A DNA stretch of 64,000 bases from a virus. Under the pieces are notes generated by a model. That model was not told where the DNA came from and made no database searches. It saw only the letters and a list, made by a program, of their open reading frames with translations. Below are positions 9,832-19,878 of the stretch, one piece after another (positions within the stretch are counted from its first letter, which is position 1; each line of letters begins with the position of its first letter). Position numbers and translations under genes: made by a program. The DNA is taken from IMG/VR virus record IMGVR_UViG_3300035698_022014, positions 11,602-75,601 of that record. One strand, written 5' to 3'.

Positions 9832-12126
9832 TTACGTAAATCTTGTTTGATCAGGCGACGTGATTGATCTGATAGGTGGCTCAGGGATGCTGTCACTTTC
9901 AGGAGTAGTACCTTCTAATGGAGGCTCTGCTCCATCAGCCCTTTCACCCACACTGGACGGGTTGTAGTTGAACTGCGGTGCGTCTATTTTCTGCTTGACT
10001 TCAGCAGGTTGAGCGCCACCGTCTGCCAATTGTATAACGTCGTCAATGTATACAATCGGTCCAGCTATATGAACATTGCCTGAACCTGTTAATCTCATTT
10101 CTGAATTGGAAGATGCATTCAATCTCCCACTTCCTGAATCTAGGAACATGGCTGTCGACTTCAATGAAAGTAGTCCACCTGAATTTATGTTTGTTGTTGT
10201 TTTTGCATTGATGAACACATTTGTTTCAGATCCTATAGAGACAAAGCTCTCTGACTTCATTGCAATCGCACTTCCTGAATTGATTCTAAGATTACCCTTC
10301 GACTGCATAGATATTGTTCCTTCGTCAGAATTGAGAAACAAGTTTTGCTTAGGACTGACAAACATGTTACCTTGTGATTTCATATGAATGCTGTCTTGTG
10401 ACTCTACATATACACCTTGGTTGCCTGTTATACTTGTCCACTCCCCACCTATTCTGATATTTTTCGACTTGAAGTTTATTGATTCGCCTGACTCAAACAC
10501 AATGTTTTTTGCTGTCCTGATGCTAATGTTTTCAACATTGGAATCGAATCCTATTGAAGCACTTCTTATGTCTGTTCGATCAGCACCATTGAGTTCAATC
10601 TTCCCTGCACTACCAATCTGTACATTACCGTGAACTATTTGCTTGTAATCGCCTTGGATTTCCTCGACCTTGTTCCCTTTAATTAACGTGTGACAATCGC
10701 CATCGATTGTGACGAGATTGTTTCCTCTTATATACACGTGATGGTTTCGCTCGTGTATATCATACGTGTCGTTGACGTTCTTGTGAGTTGTGCTCGTCGG
10801 TGCTATTTGAATATAGGAACCACTGTGGTGCCATATCATGATTCGTTCTGCACCAGGCGTATCATCGAGCTCAATCGAGTGACCTGATGCTGTCTCAACT
10901 ACTCTGTTATACGGATATTGAGCAGCATATGCAGAAGCTGGTTCTTCCCATGATGTAGTTTCAGCAGGTGTCGGCGGCGTTGTGTTCATGTATCCGCTAT
11001 ACGGATCGTTCGACGCAACTTGACCATCAGGTTGAGGCGTGTCAGTAGGTCCGCCTATAACAGAAGGGTTTTTTCTTTGGTAGTATTTGTTGATGCTGTC
11101 TACAGTAATGGTGCCGTCACTGCCACGCCATCCAGGATTATTGGTCCATGCTTGTCCGCCAACAGGATATACGATAGTGTCGCCTGATCTCGAAGCAAAT
11201 GCTGGTGCAGCTTGCATTATACCTAATCCAGATGTGTTACGATAATTCCACCTTTTTAGATACAGACCATAGGCGCGCAACTGTTCTGCAGGTGTCGAAC
11301 TAGCTATTGATTGGGGCGTGTACTTGGTTCCGTTTCTATTGTTTATGTCTGTCAGTGCATTAGACCCTAGTTGGAAAAACCCTGCATAACCAAACCTATT
11401 AATTACAGACGGATTGTAGGTGCTTTCGCCTGCAATAATTCCATAGACTTGTTCTCTTGATAGACCATATTGACTTTTCAATATCGACAATTCACTTTGA
11501 AACTCTTTGTCATTGTCGAGCGCGTCTATCTTTGCTTGCATATCAGCACCAACAAACGCTGATGAAGTTCCTTGACTATTCTCCGACTCGTTTACATCGT
11601 TGCCCCACAAGTTTCCGTTCCCGACACTACTGTGGTTTCTTATTTTGCCACCTGCTATTGGGATTTCTTTTACGCGATTTGTTTCAAGGGCCTCGTTGTA
11701 TGTCTCGTTTAAAAACTCGCCTGTTGCTAGCTTTGAAACTGGTGACAGTCCTAAATCCCTTGGTCTTGATCCTTGGGCTTGTCTATCATAATTTTCAACA
11801 GGGATTGCGCCCCATCCTGTTGTTGCAGGATCGACCAAAGCAGTGATTTGTGTTGGAATCAGGCCCAACAACATTGGCTGTTGGGCATCTCTACCATCAA
11901 CGAAGAAACCAAACATCCACGCGTTCAGCGGCGGAACAGTGAAGTTCACGTCGTGGCTTCCTATAATCAAGGTGGCCCAAGGCAGATCCTCGGTAGGGAC
12001 GTCACGGTTGGAGCCATGGATTCCAAATGCTCTGACCTGTACTCTACCTTCTGCACGCGGATCTTCGCGATTTTCAACTACACCAATAAAAAACAACGGC
12101 TGAATAAAACCTAAACCTGTATCCAT
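9832..12126 (-). CDS. Baseplate hub/needle gp5 with an internal lysozyme-fold (transglycosylase-like) domain
   Basis: GVVENREDP...GRVQVR OB fold, YPYNRVVETASGH, beta-helix repeats; insert with GESTYNP...GFFQL. Confidence 0.9.
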   Translation of the reverse strand: MDTGLGFIQPLFFIGVVENREDPRAEGRVQVRAFGIHGSNRDVPTEDLPWATLIIGSHDVNFTVPPLNAWMFGFFVDGRDAQQPMLLGLIPTQITALVDPATTGWGAIPVENYDRQAQGSRPRDLGLSPVSKLATGEFLNETYNEALETNRVKEIPIAGGKIRNHSSVGNGNLWGNDVNESENSQGTSSAFVGADMQAKIDALDNDKEFQSELSILKSQYGLSREQVYGIIAGESTYNPSVINRFGYAGFFQLGSNALTDINNRNGTKYTPQSIASSTPAEQLRAYGLYLKRWNYRNTSGLGIMQAAPAFASRSGDTIVYPVGGQAWTNNPGWRGSDGTITVDSINKYYQRKNPSVIGGPTDTPQPDGQVASNDPYSGYMNTTPPTPAETTSWEEPASAYAAQYPYNRVVETASGHSIELDDTPGAERIMIWHHSGSYIQIAPTSTTHKNVNDTYDIHERNHHVYIRGNNLVTIDGDCHTLIKGNKVEEIQGDYKQIVHGNVQIGSAGKIELNGADRTDIRSASIGFDSNVENISIRTAKNIVFESGESINFKSKNIRIGGEWTSITGNQGVYVESQDSIHMKSQGNMFVSPKQNLFLNSDEGTISMQSKGNLRINSGSAIAMKSESFVSIGSETNVFINAKTTTNINSGGLLSLKSTAMFLDSGSGRLNASSNSEMRLTGSGNVHIAGPIVYIDDVIQLADGGAQPAEVKQKIDAPQFNYNPSSVGERADGAEPPLEGTTPESDSIPEPPIRSITSPDQTRFT

Positions 12127-12128
12127 AA

Positions 12129-13607
12129 TTAACGACCACCTCTAAATCTTCTTATATCAACAGATTCTGACCAATCTTTTTTTATCATTGTGTAATAGTT
12201 TTTCATTTCATCTTGTTCCATTATGTGGCTAACAGATTTCAATATGTACTTCCCGCTCAGATGTCTGTTCTGCTCAGGCTCGCCAAGATTTGTGCCATCA
12301 GGCTGTTGAAGCTTTTTGACTTCAAGATCGATAATGTCCCCTGCTGTGATGTCTAGTCTACCAGGTCCTGATGCAGAAACAATCACACTCTCAATGTGTC
12401 TGGAATATGCCTGTCTATTAGAGACGATTTCCGCATAATACGTTTCAGCGGAGAGTACAGTTCCCTCATCAGCATTTTCTCTATCTTTGTCGTAATTAAC
12501 AACAATTAAGAACTGCTTCTGAACATCTTCGTCTCTTCCATTTGATGAAGATGTCCGATGTGAATTGTTAACGAATTTTCTTGTGTGTCTATCCTCAAGC
12601 TGTTCAAACGCTTTCACATCAAAGTATTTTCTACGTTCGTCAAAATAGTTATACTGTCCATCTTCATTCAGTAGATTCGTCTGTCTTCTCAATATGTCCA
12701 ACTCAATAGCTTTGTTGCGGTATGCACCATTATACAAGTCTCCAAGACTGTTGATTCTCTCTGTGTTCTCTATTGTCTCAAGATTGTTCAACTGCATGTC
12801 GAAGTTGTCAAGTGTGTTTGGGATAGCATCAAGAAATGTAAACTCAAACGTCCTTCCCAGATCGTAATCAGGATCGGTCGTGTCCTGTGCCATTCTAAAC
12901 AAGTGCTCGTCCGTAACAAAGTGGTATCCACGTGTAGACTCAAAGAAGCGATATGTGCAAGACGGACTTTTTGAAGTGGAGTACGATCTTTTTGTCAGAA
13001 ACGCCATTGCTTCTTCAGGTCTCATTTTTGGTATGATACAACGTGCTCTTCCACTCGTCTCCTCAACGATGAACGGTTTTTTGTCCTGAGGCTCCAAAAA
13101 AGTATCTGCAACATTGTCAAAATAATCATCGAACACTGTTTGAGCCATTTCTGATATTTGAATATCGCGGAACGGTCTTGTGATCTCATATGTCCCTGCT
13201 TTGTATGATTGATACGAGATAAAATGCATGTCGTATTGGATACCGTCATTAGTATCCTTTGTTGTCACGTTATCGATTTTATACACAAATCCTACAAAGC
13301 GGAACGGCTCAGCAATGTTTCCACCACTAAGGCCACCATTTTCATTTATTGATCTCGAATCAGCGATCTCAAGAATAATCTGTTCTTCTCCACGCAAAGG
13401 AGGGTTGTCACCAACACCTTCAAGCAGACCGACAGAATCAATGACACTAATTGTACCATACATTGTCTCGCTGTCTATTGACGAGTTTAGACTGAACGAT
13501 GGTATCAGTCCTGTTATGTCGAGTTCTATTATCTCAGGGCTGAATTCAAACCTCAGCAATGCTCTTTGAAGGTTGTAGTATGTGGGGTTTACGAAGGTCT
13601 GAGTCAT
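12129..13607 (-). CDS. Putative baseplate hub protein (gp27-like)
   Basis: YRFFES..GYHF, GDII.L, LSGKYI...H motifs; lies between gp53 and gp5. Confidence 0.55.
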   Translation of the reverse strand: MTQTFVNPTYYNLQRALLRFEFSPEIIELDITGLIPSFSLNSSIDSETMYGTISVIDSVGLLEGVGDNPPLRGEEQIILEIADSRSINENGGLSGGNIAEPFRFVGFVYKIDNVTTKDTNDGIQYDMHFISYQSYKAGTYEITRPFRDIQISEMAQTVFDDYFDNVADTFLEPQDKKPFIVEETSGRARCIIPKMRPEEAMAFLTKRSYSTSKSPSCTYRFFESTRGYHFVTDEHLFRMAQDTTDPDYDLGRTFEFTFLDAIPNTLDNFDMQLNNLETIENTERINSLGDLYNGAYRNKAIELDILRRQTNLLNEDGQYNYFDERRKYFDVKAFEQLEDRHTRKFVNNSHRTSSSNGRDEDVQKQFLIVVNYDKDRENADEGTVLSAETYYAEIVSNRQAYSRHIESVIVSASGPGRLDITAGDIIDLEVKKLQQPDGTNLGEPEQNRHLSGKYILKSVSHIMEQDEMKNYYTMIKKDWSESVDIRRFRGGR

Positions 13608-13855
13608 TCGCTGATAGACCTTTTAAACTCCTCAACAGCTTGATTACGAAACTGTTTGTCTATCAAAACAATTTCTCTCTTGTTTTCATTAATCTGCTTT
13701 TCATATTCGTAAACTCTTATTGGAGTCCACTCTTCTGGAATTATTTGCCTTACTACAATTCTTCTTCCTCTTTCGGTTAGGAGGATCTCGTCTGATTCTG
13801 TTCTAAGAAAAAGCGTCTTAAAGGATTCAGGACTGACTCTTACAATATCAATCAT
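13604..13855 (-). CDS. gp53 C-terminal-like fragment
   Basis: VYEYEKQINENKREIVLI resembles the gp53 C-terminal motif; ATGA-coupled to the upstream ORF. Confidence 0.6.
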   Translation of the reverse strand: MIDIVRVSPESFKTLFLRTESDEILLTERGRRIVVRQIIPEEWTPIRVYEYEKQINENKREIVLIDKQFRNQAVEEFKRSISE

Positions 13856-14235
13856 TTGATTACATCCTTATAGTAATATACAACATTGTCGGTTGAAGTT
13901 GTGTCCTGACCCCATCGTAGAACATCTATGCCTTCTTTTTTTGATATTTTGGCATACTTGTTGATAAAATATAAGTCGAACTCTTCGTCGGTCATTGGCC
14001 ATTGGGTATATGGATCTACAATGTTATTTGCTAACATCACTAGCCACGTATCATCGACTGATCCGTAATAATAGTACGCTACATCTTCAGCCTTCTCGCC
14101 TTCTCGGACTGTATATGGCAAAAATATGTACGGATCGCGTAGAGTTTCGTCAATCACCTTACTACGTCTTGTAATGTCACGTACCATTTTGCCGTCATAT
14201 CTGATTAACGGATAATTGGAAAAGTATTTAGACAT
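13852..14235 (-). CDS. Baseplate wedge gp53, N-terminal (LysM-like) part
   Basis: YF..YP, YTVREGEKAEDVAYYYYG...W.V..AN.I.DP..QWP. Confidence 0.85.
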   Translation of the reverse strand: MSKYFSNYPLIRYDGKMVRDITRRSKVIDETLRDPYIFLPYTVREGEKAEDVAYYYYGSVDDTWLVMLANNIVDPYTQWPMTDEEFDLYFINKYAKISKKEGIDVLRWGQDTTSTDNVVYYYKDVIK

Positions 14236-15212
14236 TAAATCCCTCCTCTTATTCTGCCTGCTTGGTCAGTACTATTTAAGTTTGTGCTTGTACTTTCTGT
14301 ATCAATGTCAACACTACTACCGCCATAATCTTCTGATGTGTGGATATCCGATTCAATAATATTCATCTGCATCTGAACCACGGCAGGACGTCCACCGCGA
14401 AGTATGGCATTTCCATTGGTTGTAAAGTTAGAGCTGAAGGTTTGAATCATTGCCGTTTTAAAATGGAAGTAGTAATCAGGATCAACCCCTACAAAGAATA
14501 TGTCAACCATCGCAGGATATTTAAACATCGCTCTTTGAATCACAGACGTATTGACGTATTGCGGTAACATGTTTCGCTTTATTGTATCGGATATTTGTTG
14601 CAAGTTTACAGATTCTTGTGAACTCTTTGGAGCCATTGTCCAGTCAAAACTATGTGTCTTCATTTCCACACCGTCGAATGACAGAGCGGCTTTTGGGTTT
14701 ACAAAGGTTCCTGTTCCTGCATCTATGTTTCTGCCTTGATTTGGAAATGCTTGATCGATACCTTTTCTTGCAAGAAAAGCCAGATCCTGAGAGAGCTTTC
14801 CTGCAATCTCACTCGCGTTTGATCCTTGTATGTTCGGCATGCTCTTGAGTGCACTGCTACTAAGAGCGCCTGTTATACTTCCTATTCCTAAGTTGTCTAT
14901 GTCAACTTCAGATATCAAACTTGACACAGTCTCTCCCATAGAACCCTGATCAAAACGTTGTATCCTCACAGCAAACGAGTCGGATATGTTGGCAGGCAAA
15001 GGCAAAAATATTGTGTCTGAAACTGTCGATCCTGCACTCACTAATTGCGAGAAGCCTCTTTCAGAGGATGGACGAAACTGATAATCCCTAAACATCAACA
15101 ACATCCCATAATCATTGTCTTCAATGGGAAAGGAAAGGTTGGTTGACGTTGAGGATTTTGATGCTCTCATTATATCCTGTTTTATAGGTCTGAATCTTTG
15201 TCCGTTAGGCAT
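14235..15212 (-). CDS. Baseplate tail-tube cap gp48
   Basis: IFLPLP, NP....F.G..K.HSF.W...PKS..ES, YP; start moved to the ATG at 15212, downstream of a late promoter. Confidence 0.85.
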   Translation of the reverse strand: MPNGQRFRPIKQDIMRASKSSTSTNLSFPIEDNDYGMLLMFRDYQFRPSSERGFSQLVSAGSTVSDTIFLPLPANISDSFAVRIQRFDQGSMGETVSSLISEVDIDNLGIGSITGALSSSALKSMPNIQGSNASEIAGKLSQDLAFLARKGIDQAFPNQGRNIDAGTGTFVNPKAALSFDGVEMKTHSFDWTMAPKSSQESVNLQQISDTIKRNMLPQYVNTSVIQRAMFKYPAMVDIFFVGVDPDYYFHFKTAMIQTFSSNFTTNGNAILRGGRPAVVQMQMNIIESDIHTSEDYGGSSVDIDTESTSTNLNSTDQAGRIRGGI

Positions 15213-15280
15213 ATTGGTTCCTATTGTTATCGACGTGGTCGCTTTTGTCTCACCTGCTATTGATAACAGGTGATTACAGG

Positions 15281-15288
15281 TATTTATA
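15281..15288 (-). promoter_or_regulatory. T4-type late promoter TATAAATA (gp48 operon)
   Basis: Exact consensus in the divergent intergenic region; gp55 is in the window. Confidence 0.75.
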
Positions 15289-15364
15289 CGAAAACAATCA
15301 CACATCAACCCAATTTACATTCACGACAAATAAAAGTATTCAACAGTCAATGTTTTATTTATGT

Positions 15365-15372
15365 GATAAATA
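15365..15372 (+). promoter_or_regulatory. Late promoter variant GATAAATA (gp4 operon)
   Basis: 7/8 match upstream of gp4. Confidence 0.65.
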
Positions 15373-15417
15373 GTACACGCGTGCAATTTGCACCTATTGA
15401 TACGAAAAGAGGAAGTT

Positions 15418-15882
15418 TTGGCTTACAGAGGAAAATTTAGACCTAACAACCCTGGAAAGTACAAAGGGGATCCCACAAAGATCACCTACAGATCTTTGTG
15501 GGAGCTTAAAGTGTTCAGGAGATGCGACGATCACCCTGATATTATAGAATGGCAGTCTGAAGAAATCGCAATTCCTTATATGAACCCTGTAAAAGGCAAA
15601 ACAAGCAGATACTTTCCTGACATTGTAATAAAAAAGCGTGTTGGTATTGATAAATATGAGATGATCATGATTGAGATCAAACCTAAAAGTCAAACTAAAC
15701 CGCCCGACCCATCAAAAAAGAACAATACGCCTACAGGAAGAATATCAAGACGGTATATAAATGAGGCTGCTACATACGCTATTAACGAGGCAAAGTGGAA
15801 GGCAGCACAAAGGTATTGTAAAGAACGTGGGTGGATTTGGCACATTATGACAGAAGACGAAATTAAACCACTAGGGAAATAA
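15418..15882 (+). CDS. Head completion nuclease gp4
   Basis: KYKGDPTKITYRSLWE, RYFPD, EIKPKSQT, N.AKW.AA; probable TTG start at 15418 after GAGGA. Confidence 0.92.
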   Translation: MAYRGKFRPNNPGKYKGDPTKITYRSLWELKVFRRCDDHPDIIEWQSEEIAIPYMNPVKGKTSRYFPDIVIKKRVGIDKYEMIMIEIKPKSQTKPPDPSKKNNTPTGRISRRYINEAATYAINEAKWKAAQRYCKERGWIWHIMTEDEIKPLGK

Positions 15883-15883
15883 C

Positions 15884-16480
15884 ATGGCTAGTTTATTTGA
15901 TGATATATTGCTTAAAGGTGTGCGTGCAGGTCAGATGCCTGCACGCTCCTCGACAGCGCGTGAATGGTTCCGCGAAAAGGCAAAAGGCCTTGGGAAAGTA
16001 ACAGAAACAAAACTTCTGCGTGATGACACAAGTCGACTGAAGGATAGAACAGCTATAGGCAAGATGTACTTCTTCATGTATGATCCAAAACACAAAAAGA
16101 CATTGCCCTACTATGACTCGTTTCCGTTAATCTTTCCTGTAGATCGTGCTGAAGGCGGCTTTTACGGTATCAACTTCCATTATCTGCCACTGCCTATGCG
16201 TGCTGATTTGATGGACGCTCTCTATGACATTACAAACAATCAAAGATACAACGAGGGTACAAAGCTCAAACTTTCATACAGTGTACTGAAGGGCGTGGAA
16301 AAATTCGACGCCTTCAAACCTGCATTCAAGAGATATTTAAGTGCCCAAGTTCGAAGTAGATTCATACAGGTGCAGGCTGCAGAATGGGACATAGCTTTGT
16401 TTCTCGGCAGCGAGCAGTTCGTTGGTGCTTCCAAAACTAAAGTGTGGGCCGATTCCAGAAAAATAATAAAGGGCAAGTAG
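15884..16480 (+). CDS. DNA end protector gp2
   Basis: YDPKHKKTLPYYD.FPL, G.NFHYLP, VWADS. Confidence 0.93.
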   Translation: MASLFDDILLKGVRAGQMPARSSTAREWFREKAKGLGKVTETKLLRDDTSRLKDRTAIGKMYFFMYDPKHKKTLPYYDSFPLIFPVDRAEGGFYGINFHYLPLPMRADLMDALYDITNNQRYNEGTKLKLSYSVLKGVEKFDAFKPAFKRYLSAQVRSRFIQVQAAEWDIALFLGSEQFVGASKTKVWADSRKIIKGK

Positions 16481-16484
16481 GCAC

Positions 16485-17207
16485 ATGTTCAACATATCAG
16501 AATTTAAATCGAGAATGGACCGTCACGGCGGACCTGCACGTACAAGTCTGTTTGAGGTGTCTATATCATCCACAAATAGACGTGGCGAGATAATAGTTCC
16601 TGGTGTGATATCAACAGACGATCTCAGATTCTTTTGTCAGACTGTTACGATGCCAGGAATCAACCTTGAGGTGATGTCATACAAGCCTAACGGTGTTGGG
16701 TATGGTGAATCGATGCCCATGAACGCTACACCAGACCAATTGAACGCTGTGTTCATGCTTGACAGCAATAACCGTGTAATGACCTTCTTTCATCGTTGGA
16801 TCTCATCTGTTGTTAATGTTAGTGGAAGTCGTGGTGGGAATTCTCGTGGACTTGCACCAAAACTCATTGAGTATAAAGACACATACGCTGCATCCGAACT
16901 ATCAATAAGGCACTACTCTACTCACAGCCCATTACAATTCTACGAGTGCCGATATGAAGGCGTGTATCCTACACAGGTCGGTGCAATAGATCTTAGTTGG
17001 GCTGCCAACGATGTTGCAGCCACAACAACAGTAAACTTCTCATATAACAGAATGATATATTCAGGCTTTGTAGATGGCAACTTCGAATCGACAGACAATT
17101 TCATTGGAACTCAGTCATCTCAAGTGAGGGGCAACGTGATAGGACAAACAGTACAATCGTTTGATCGTAGGTCTGTAGATGCGCTGACCGCACCATCATT
17201 TTCATAA
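16485..17207 (+). CDS. Tail-tube initiator gp54-like (gp19 fold)
   Basis: ARTSLFEV, C....PG, YP..VG.IDL.W; synteny gp2-gp54-gp26. Confidence 0.75.
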   Translation: MFNISEFKSRMDRHGGPARTSLFEVSISSTNRRGEIIVPGVISTDDLRFFCQTVTMPGINLEVMSYKPNGVGYGESMPMNATPDQLNAVFMLDSNNRVMTFFHRWISSVVNVSGSRGGNSRGLAPKLIEYKDTYAASELSIRHYSTHSPLQFYECRYEGVYPTQVGAIDLSWAANDVAATTTVNFSYNRMIYSGFVDGNFESTDNFIGTQSSQVRGNVIGQTVQSFDRRSVDALTAPSFS

Positions 17208-17228
17208 TATCCAAGGAGACTACACATT

Positions 17229-17930
17229 ATGCCACTACCTAAAATTGATCTTCCAGTCTACCAATGCGAATTACCTTCGACAGGCAAAAAAGTAAAATTT
17301 AGACCGTTTTCTGTTAAAGAGGAGAAGATCCTCTTAATGGCTCAAGAGTCTAAAGACACTGAACAGATGATGCTGTCTATCAAGCAAATTGTCAACAACT
17401 GTCTGATCAACAATACAATTGAAGATCTTCCTATATTCGATGTTGAGTATTTGTTGATTCAGTTGCGGTCCAAGTCTGTAGACAACATTGTTGTGTTTCA
17501 GATTGAAGATCCTGAAACACAAGAGACGATCAAGCTTGAAATAGATTTGAGCAATGTCAAAATACAAAGAGATGAAAACCACACAAACAAGATCACAATT
17601 TCAGATGAGTATTCCTTGTTCCTAAAGTATCCTACAATAGATCAGTTTGAAGGATTGGTAGGCAAAGAGAAGCAAACATCAGACGATAGTTATGGTGTCA
17701 TGATTGCTTGTATAGACAAACTTGCATCTGCTGAAGAAGTCTTCACCTTCAAGGACTTCACCAGATTGGAGGTTGATAATTTTATCGACAGTCTTCACAG
17801 TGACACGATCAAGAAAATCAAACAGTTTTTTGATACGATGCCGAAAGTTCGTCATGAAGTTCCGTACAAAAACTCAAAAGGCGAGGACAAGAAGTTTGTC
17901 GTTGAAGGAACACAAACTTTTTTTATCTAA
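17229..17930 (+). CDS. Baseplate hub subunit gp26
   Basis: MPLPKI..P.Y...LPSTG..VKFRPF.VKEEKILL, LRSKSV, FF.TMP. Confidence 0.92.
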   Translation: MPLPKIDLPVYQCELPSTGKKVKFRPFSVKEEKILLMAQESKDTEQMMLSIKQIVNNCLINNTIEDLPIFDVEYLLIQLRSKSVDNIVVFQIEDPETQETIKLEIDLSNVKIQRDENHTNKITISDEYSLFLKYPTIDQFEGLVGKEKQTSDDSYGVMIACIDKLASAEEVFTFKDFTRLEVDNFIDSLHSDTIKKIKQFFDTMPKVRHEVPYKNSKGEDKKFVVEGTQTFFI

Positions 17931-18103
17931 TGTTGAGCCACAATAAACTATCACTCTACTACCAGAAGATATTTGCCATGGCTCAACACCACAAATACAG
18001 TATTACAGAAATTGAAGAAATGCTACCATACGAAAGAGACATTTATTTTGCATTGTTGTTGAATTATATCGAGAAACAGAAAGAAGAGCAAGGGAAGAAT
18101 TAA
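17930..18103 (+). CDS. Baseplate hub assembly protein gp51-like (57 aa; not in the ORF track)
   Basis: MLSHNKLSLYYQKIFAMAQHHKYSITEIEEMLPYERDIY...; TAATG overlap with gp26. Confidence 0.85.
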   Translation: MLSHNKLSLYYQKIFAMAQHHKYSITEIEEMLPYERDIYFALLLNYIEKQKEEQGKN

Positions 18104-18105
18104 CA

Positions 18106-19824
18106 ATGGCAAAACAAACACTTCAAGGTGTAGTAGACAAGTTGGTGGAAGAGGGCCAGCTCACACGCGAGTCGTCTAAGGACGATTCAAGTAAACTAGA
18201 AGGCGTTCTGTTGAGTGTTTCTGAATCTATCGTTGATCAGACAGTGTCTCTTCAGCAGTTGTTAAACCTCAACGAGAACACACAAGAGCGGATCGAGGAG
18301 CAGAGACGTCTTGCTGCTGCGGATGGGACTCCTACAGTGGCTCCACAACCTGCACCCAGTGCAGATCCGCCCAGTGGGAACGGAAACGAGGGCAGATCGT
18401 CTATCCTTGCATCTGTTTTTGGTGGTACTTTTTTTGGTACTGGATTTGCAAGAGTGTTGTTGTCAGTCGGAAAAGTCCTAGGCAGTGTAAAGTTGTTGTT
18501 TAAGAGCCTTGCGGTGGGCGGTGTCATCGGCATTGCAATATATGGCATCAGCGAGGTGTTGAAAGATATAGGCGAAAACGAACAATTCCAATCAGCACTT
18601 ACATCGATCAGCAGTCTGTGGAACGACAAGGTATTGCCCACATTTAACAGGATCGAAGATTTACTTGCTAACATCTCAGGCTTGGGCGAGTTTGCAGAAA
18701 GACTTAGAACCAATGTACAGGACTTTGTGGTCAACACGTTACTGGTACTTTCTGAAACCGTCGGATCGATATTTGAAGGAATAAATCAAATGTTAGATGG
18801 TGATTTTCTAGGCGGTACTCTTACTATACTCAAAGGCTTGGGCACAGGATTGTTAAGCATTTTTGACTCGTTGGTGACCAACGTCCTCAACATCTTTGGT
18901 GTCGATTTTGCAGAAGACGGATCTTTTTTTGGTATACTGTCACGAAAGTGGTCTGAAATGACACAAGGGGTCAGTGACGTTTGGGACAACATCACCACGT
19001 TCATTGGCGAGAAATTTGAATCCTTCAAGAGTTTCATGTCCCCCATAATTGATGAGTTCAGTGTAATTACAGACATCTTCACACTTGATCGAGATGATAT
19101 GTCCGCACTTGGTGCGCTAGGCAAACTTAAAGATATTGTTTTTGCACCTGTCAACATGGCTATAAACTTTGTCAAAGGAATATTTGGATTTGACAGTACA
19201 GGCGAGCCTTTCAAACTACAGGATTTTGTTACAGACAAAGCCAATGAGATATTCGAATGGATAGGAGATTTGTTTTCGTCTCTTCCGTCCATTGAGGGAA
19301 TGAAAGCCGCTCTATATTCTCGCTTGCCAGAGTGGATGAAACCTGATTCTATCGATGAACAAAGACAGAGCATAATATCTGATATCCAGACTGAAAGAGA
19401 TCTACTTAATTCGGGCGACACGCGCAATTGGAGAGGACAAAAGAGAACAGAAAGCATCTCCAATCTCGAGCGTGAGTTGGACATGTTGCCTCAATACAAT
19501 AGGGGATCAAGCGGCTTCATGAACTTTGGCATGGGTACACCTGCAATGTTACACGGGATAGAGGCAGTTGTGCCAAAAAACTCGCCTGCAGGCGCTTTTC
19601 TATCTAGAAATTTTGACGAGAACTTCGATCCAATCAACCGTAGAATCCAATCTATTGAATCCTCTGCAATGTCTGGCTCCTCTGCTCCTGTTATAATTGC
19701 AAGTGCACCAACGATAGCTCCAGTGACAAACAACGTTAGAGGAAGTACAAATTACAGCAGTCAGCGGATAACAGCAGTAGGAAACGGATCGAGTGGATCT
19801 GGTTTAGGCAGGTTTGCAAATTAA
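18106..19824 (+). CDS. Probable tape measure/baseplate hub protein (gp29-like)
   Basis: Long amphipathic helical repeats with regularly spaced W/F, AMLHG.EAVVP motif, position after gp51. Confidence 0.65.
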   Translation: MAKQTLQGVVDKLVEEGQLTRESSKDDSSKLEGVLLSVSESIVDQTVSLQQLLNLNENTQERIEEQRRLAAADGTPTVAPQPAPSADPPSGNGNEGRSSILASVFGGTFFGTGFARVLLSVGKVLGSVKLLFKSLAVGGVIGIAIYGISEVLKDIGENEQFQSALTSISSLWNDKVLPTFNRIEDLLANISGLGEFAERLRTNVQDFVVNTLLVLSETVGSIFEGINQMLDGDFLGGTLTILKGLGTGLLSIFDSLVTNVLNIFGVDFAEDGSFFGILSRKWSEMTQGVSDVWDNITTFIGEKFESFKSFMSPIIDEFSVITDIFTLDRDDMSALGALGKLKDIVFAPVNMAINFVKGIFGFDSTGEPFKLQDFVTDKANEIFEWIGDLFSSLPSIEGMKAALYSRLPEWMKPDSIDEQRQSIISDIQTERDLLNSGDTRNWRGQKRTESISNLERELDMLPQYNRGSSGFMNFGMGTPAMLHGIEAVVPKNSPAGAFLSRNFDENFDPINRRIQSIESSAMSGSSAPVIIASAPTIAPVTNNVRGSTNYSSQRITAVGNGSSGSGLGRFAN

Positions 19825-19854
19825 AAAAGGGACCCTTCAGAAGGCTCCCTTTTT
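19823..19854. terminator. Bidirectional intrinsic terminator
   Basis: A6-GGGAcCCTT-cag-AAGGcTCCC-T5 between convergent genes. Confidence 0.8.
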
Positions 19855-19878
19855 GTTACGATGGTGTTGAGATGGATG

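Noticed and set aside
18252-19733. Long antisense ORFs in the track (e.g. 18252-18737, 18786-19484, 53185-53784, 56177-56692, 51666-51968)
   Set aside because: They overlap well-supported genes on the opposite strand or in another frame and show no motifs or RBS
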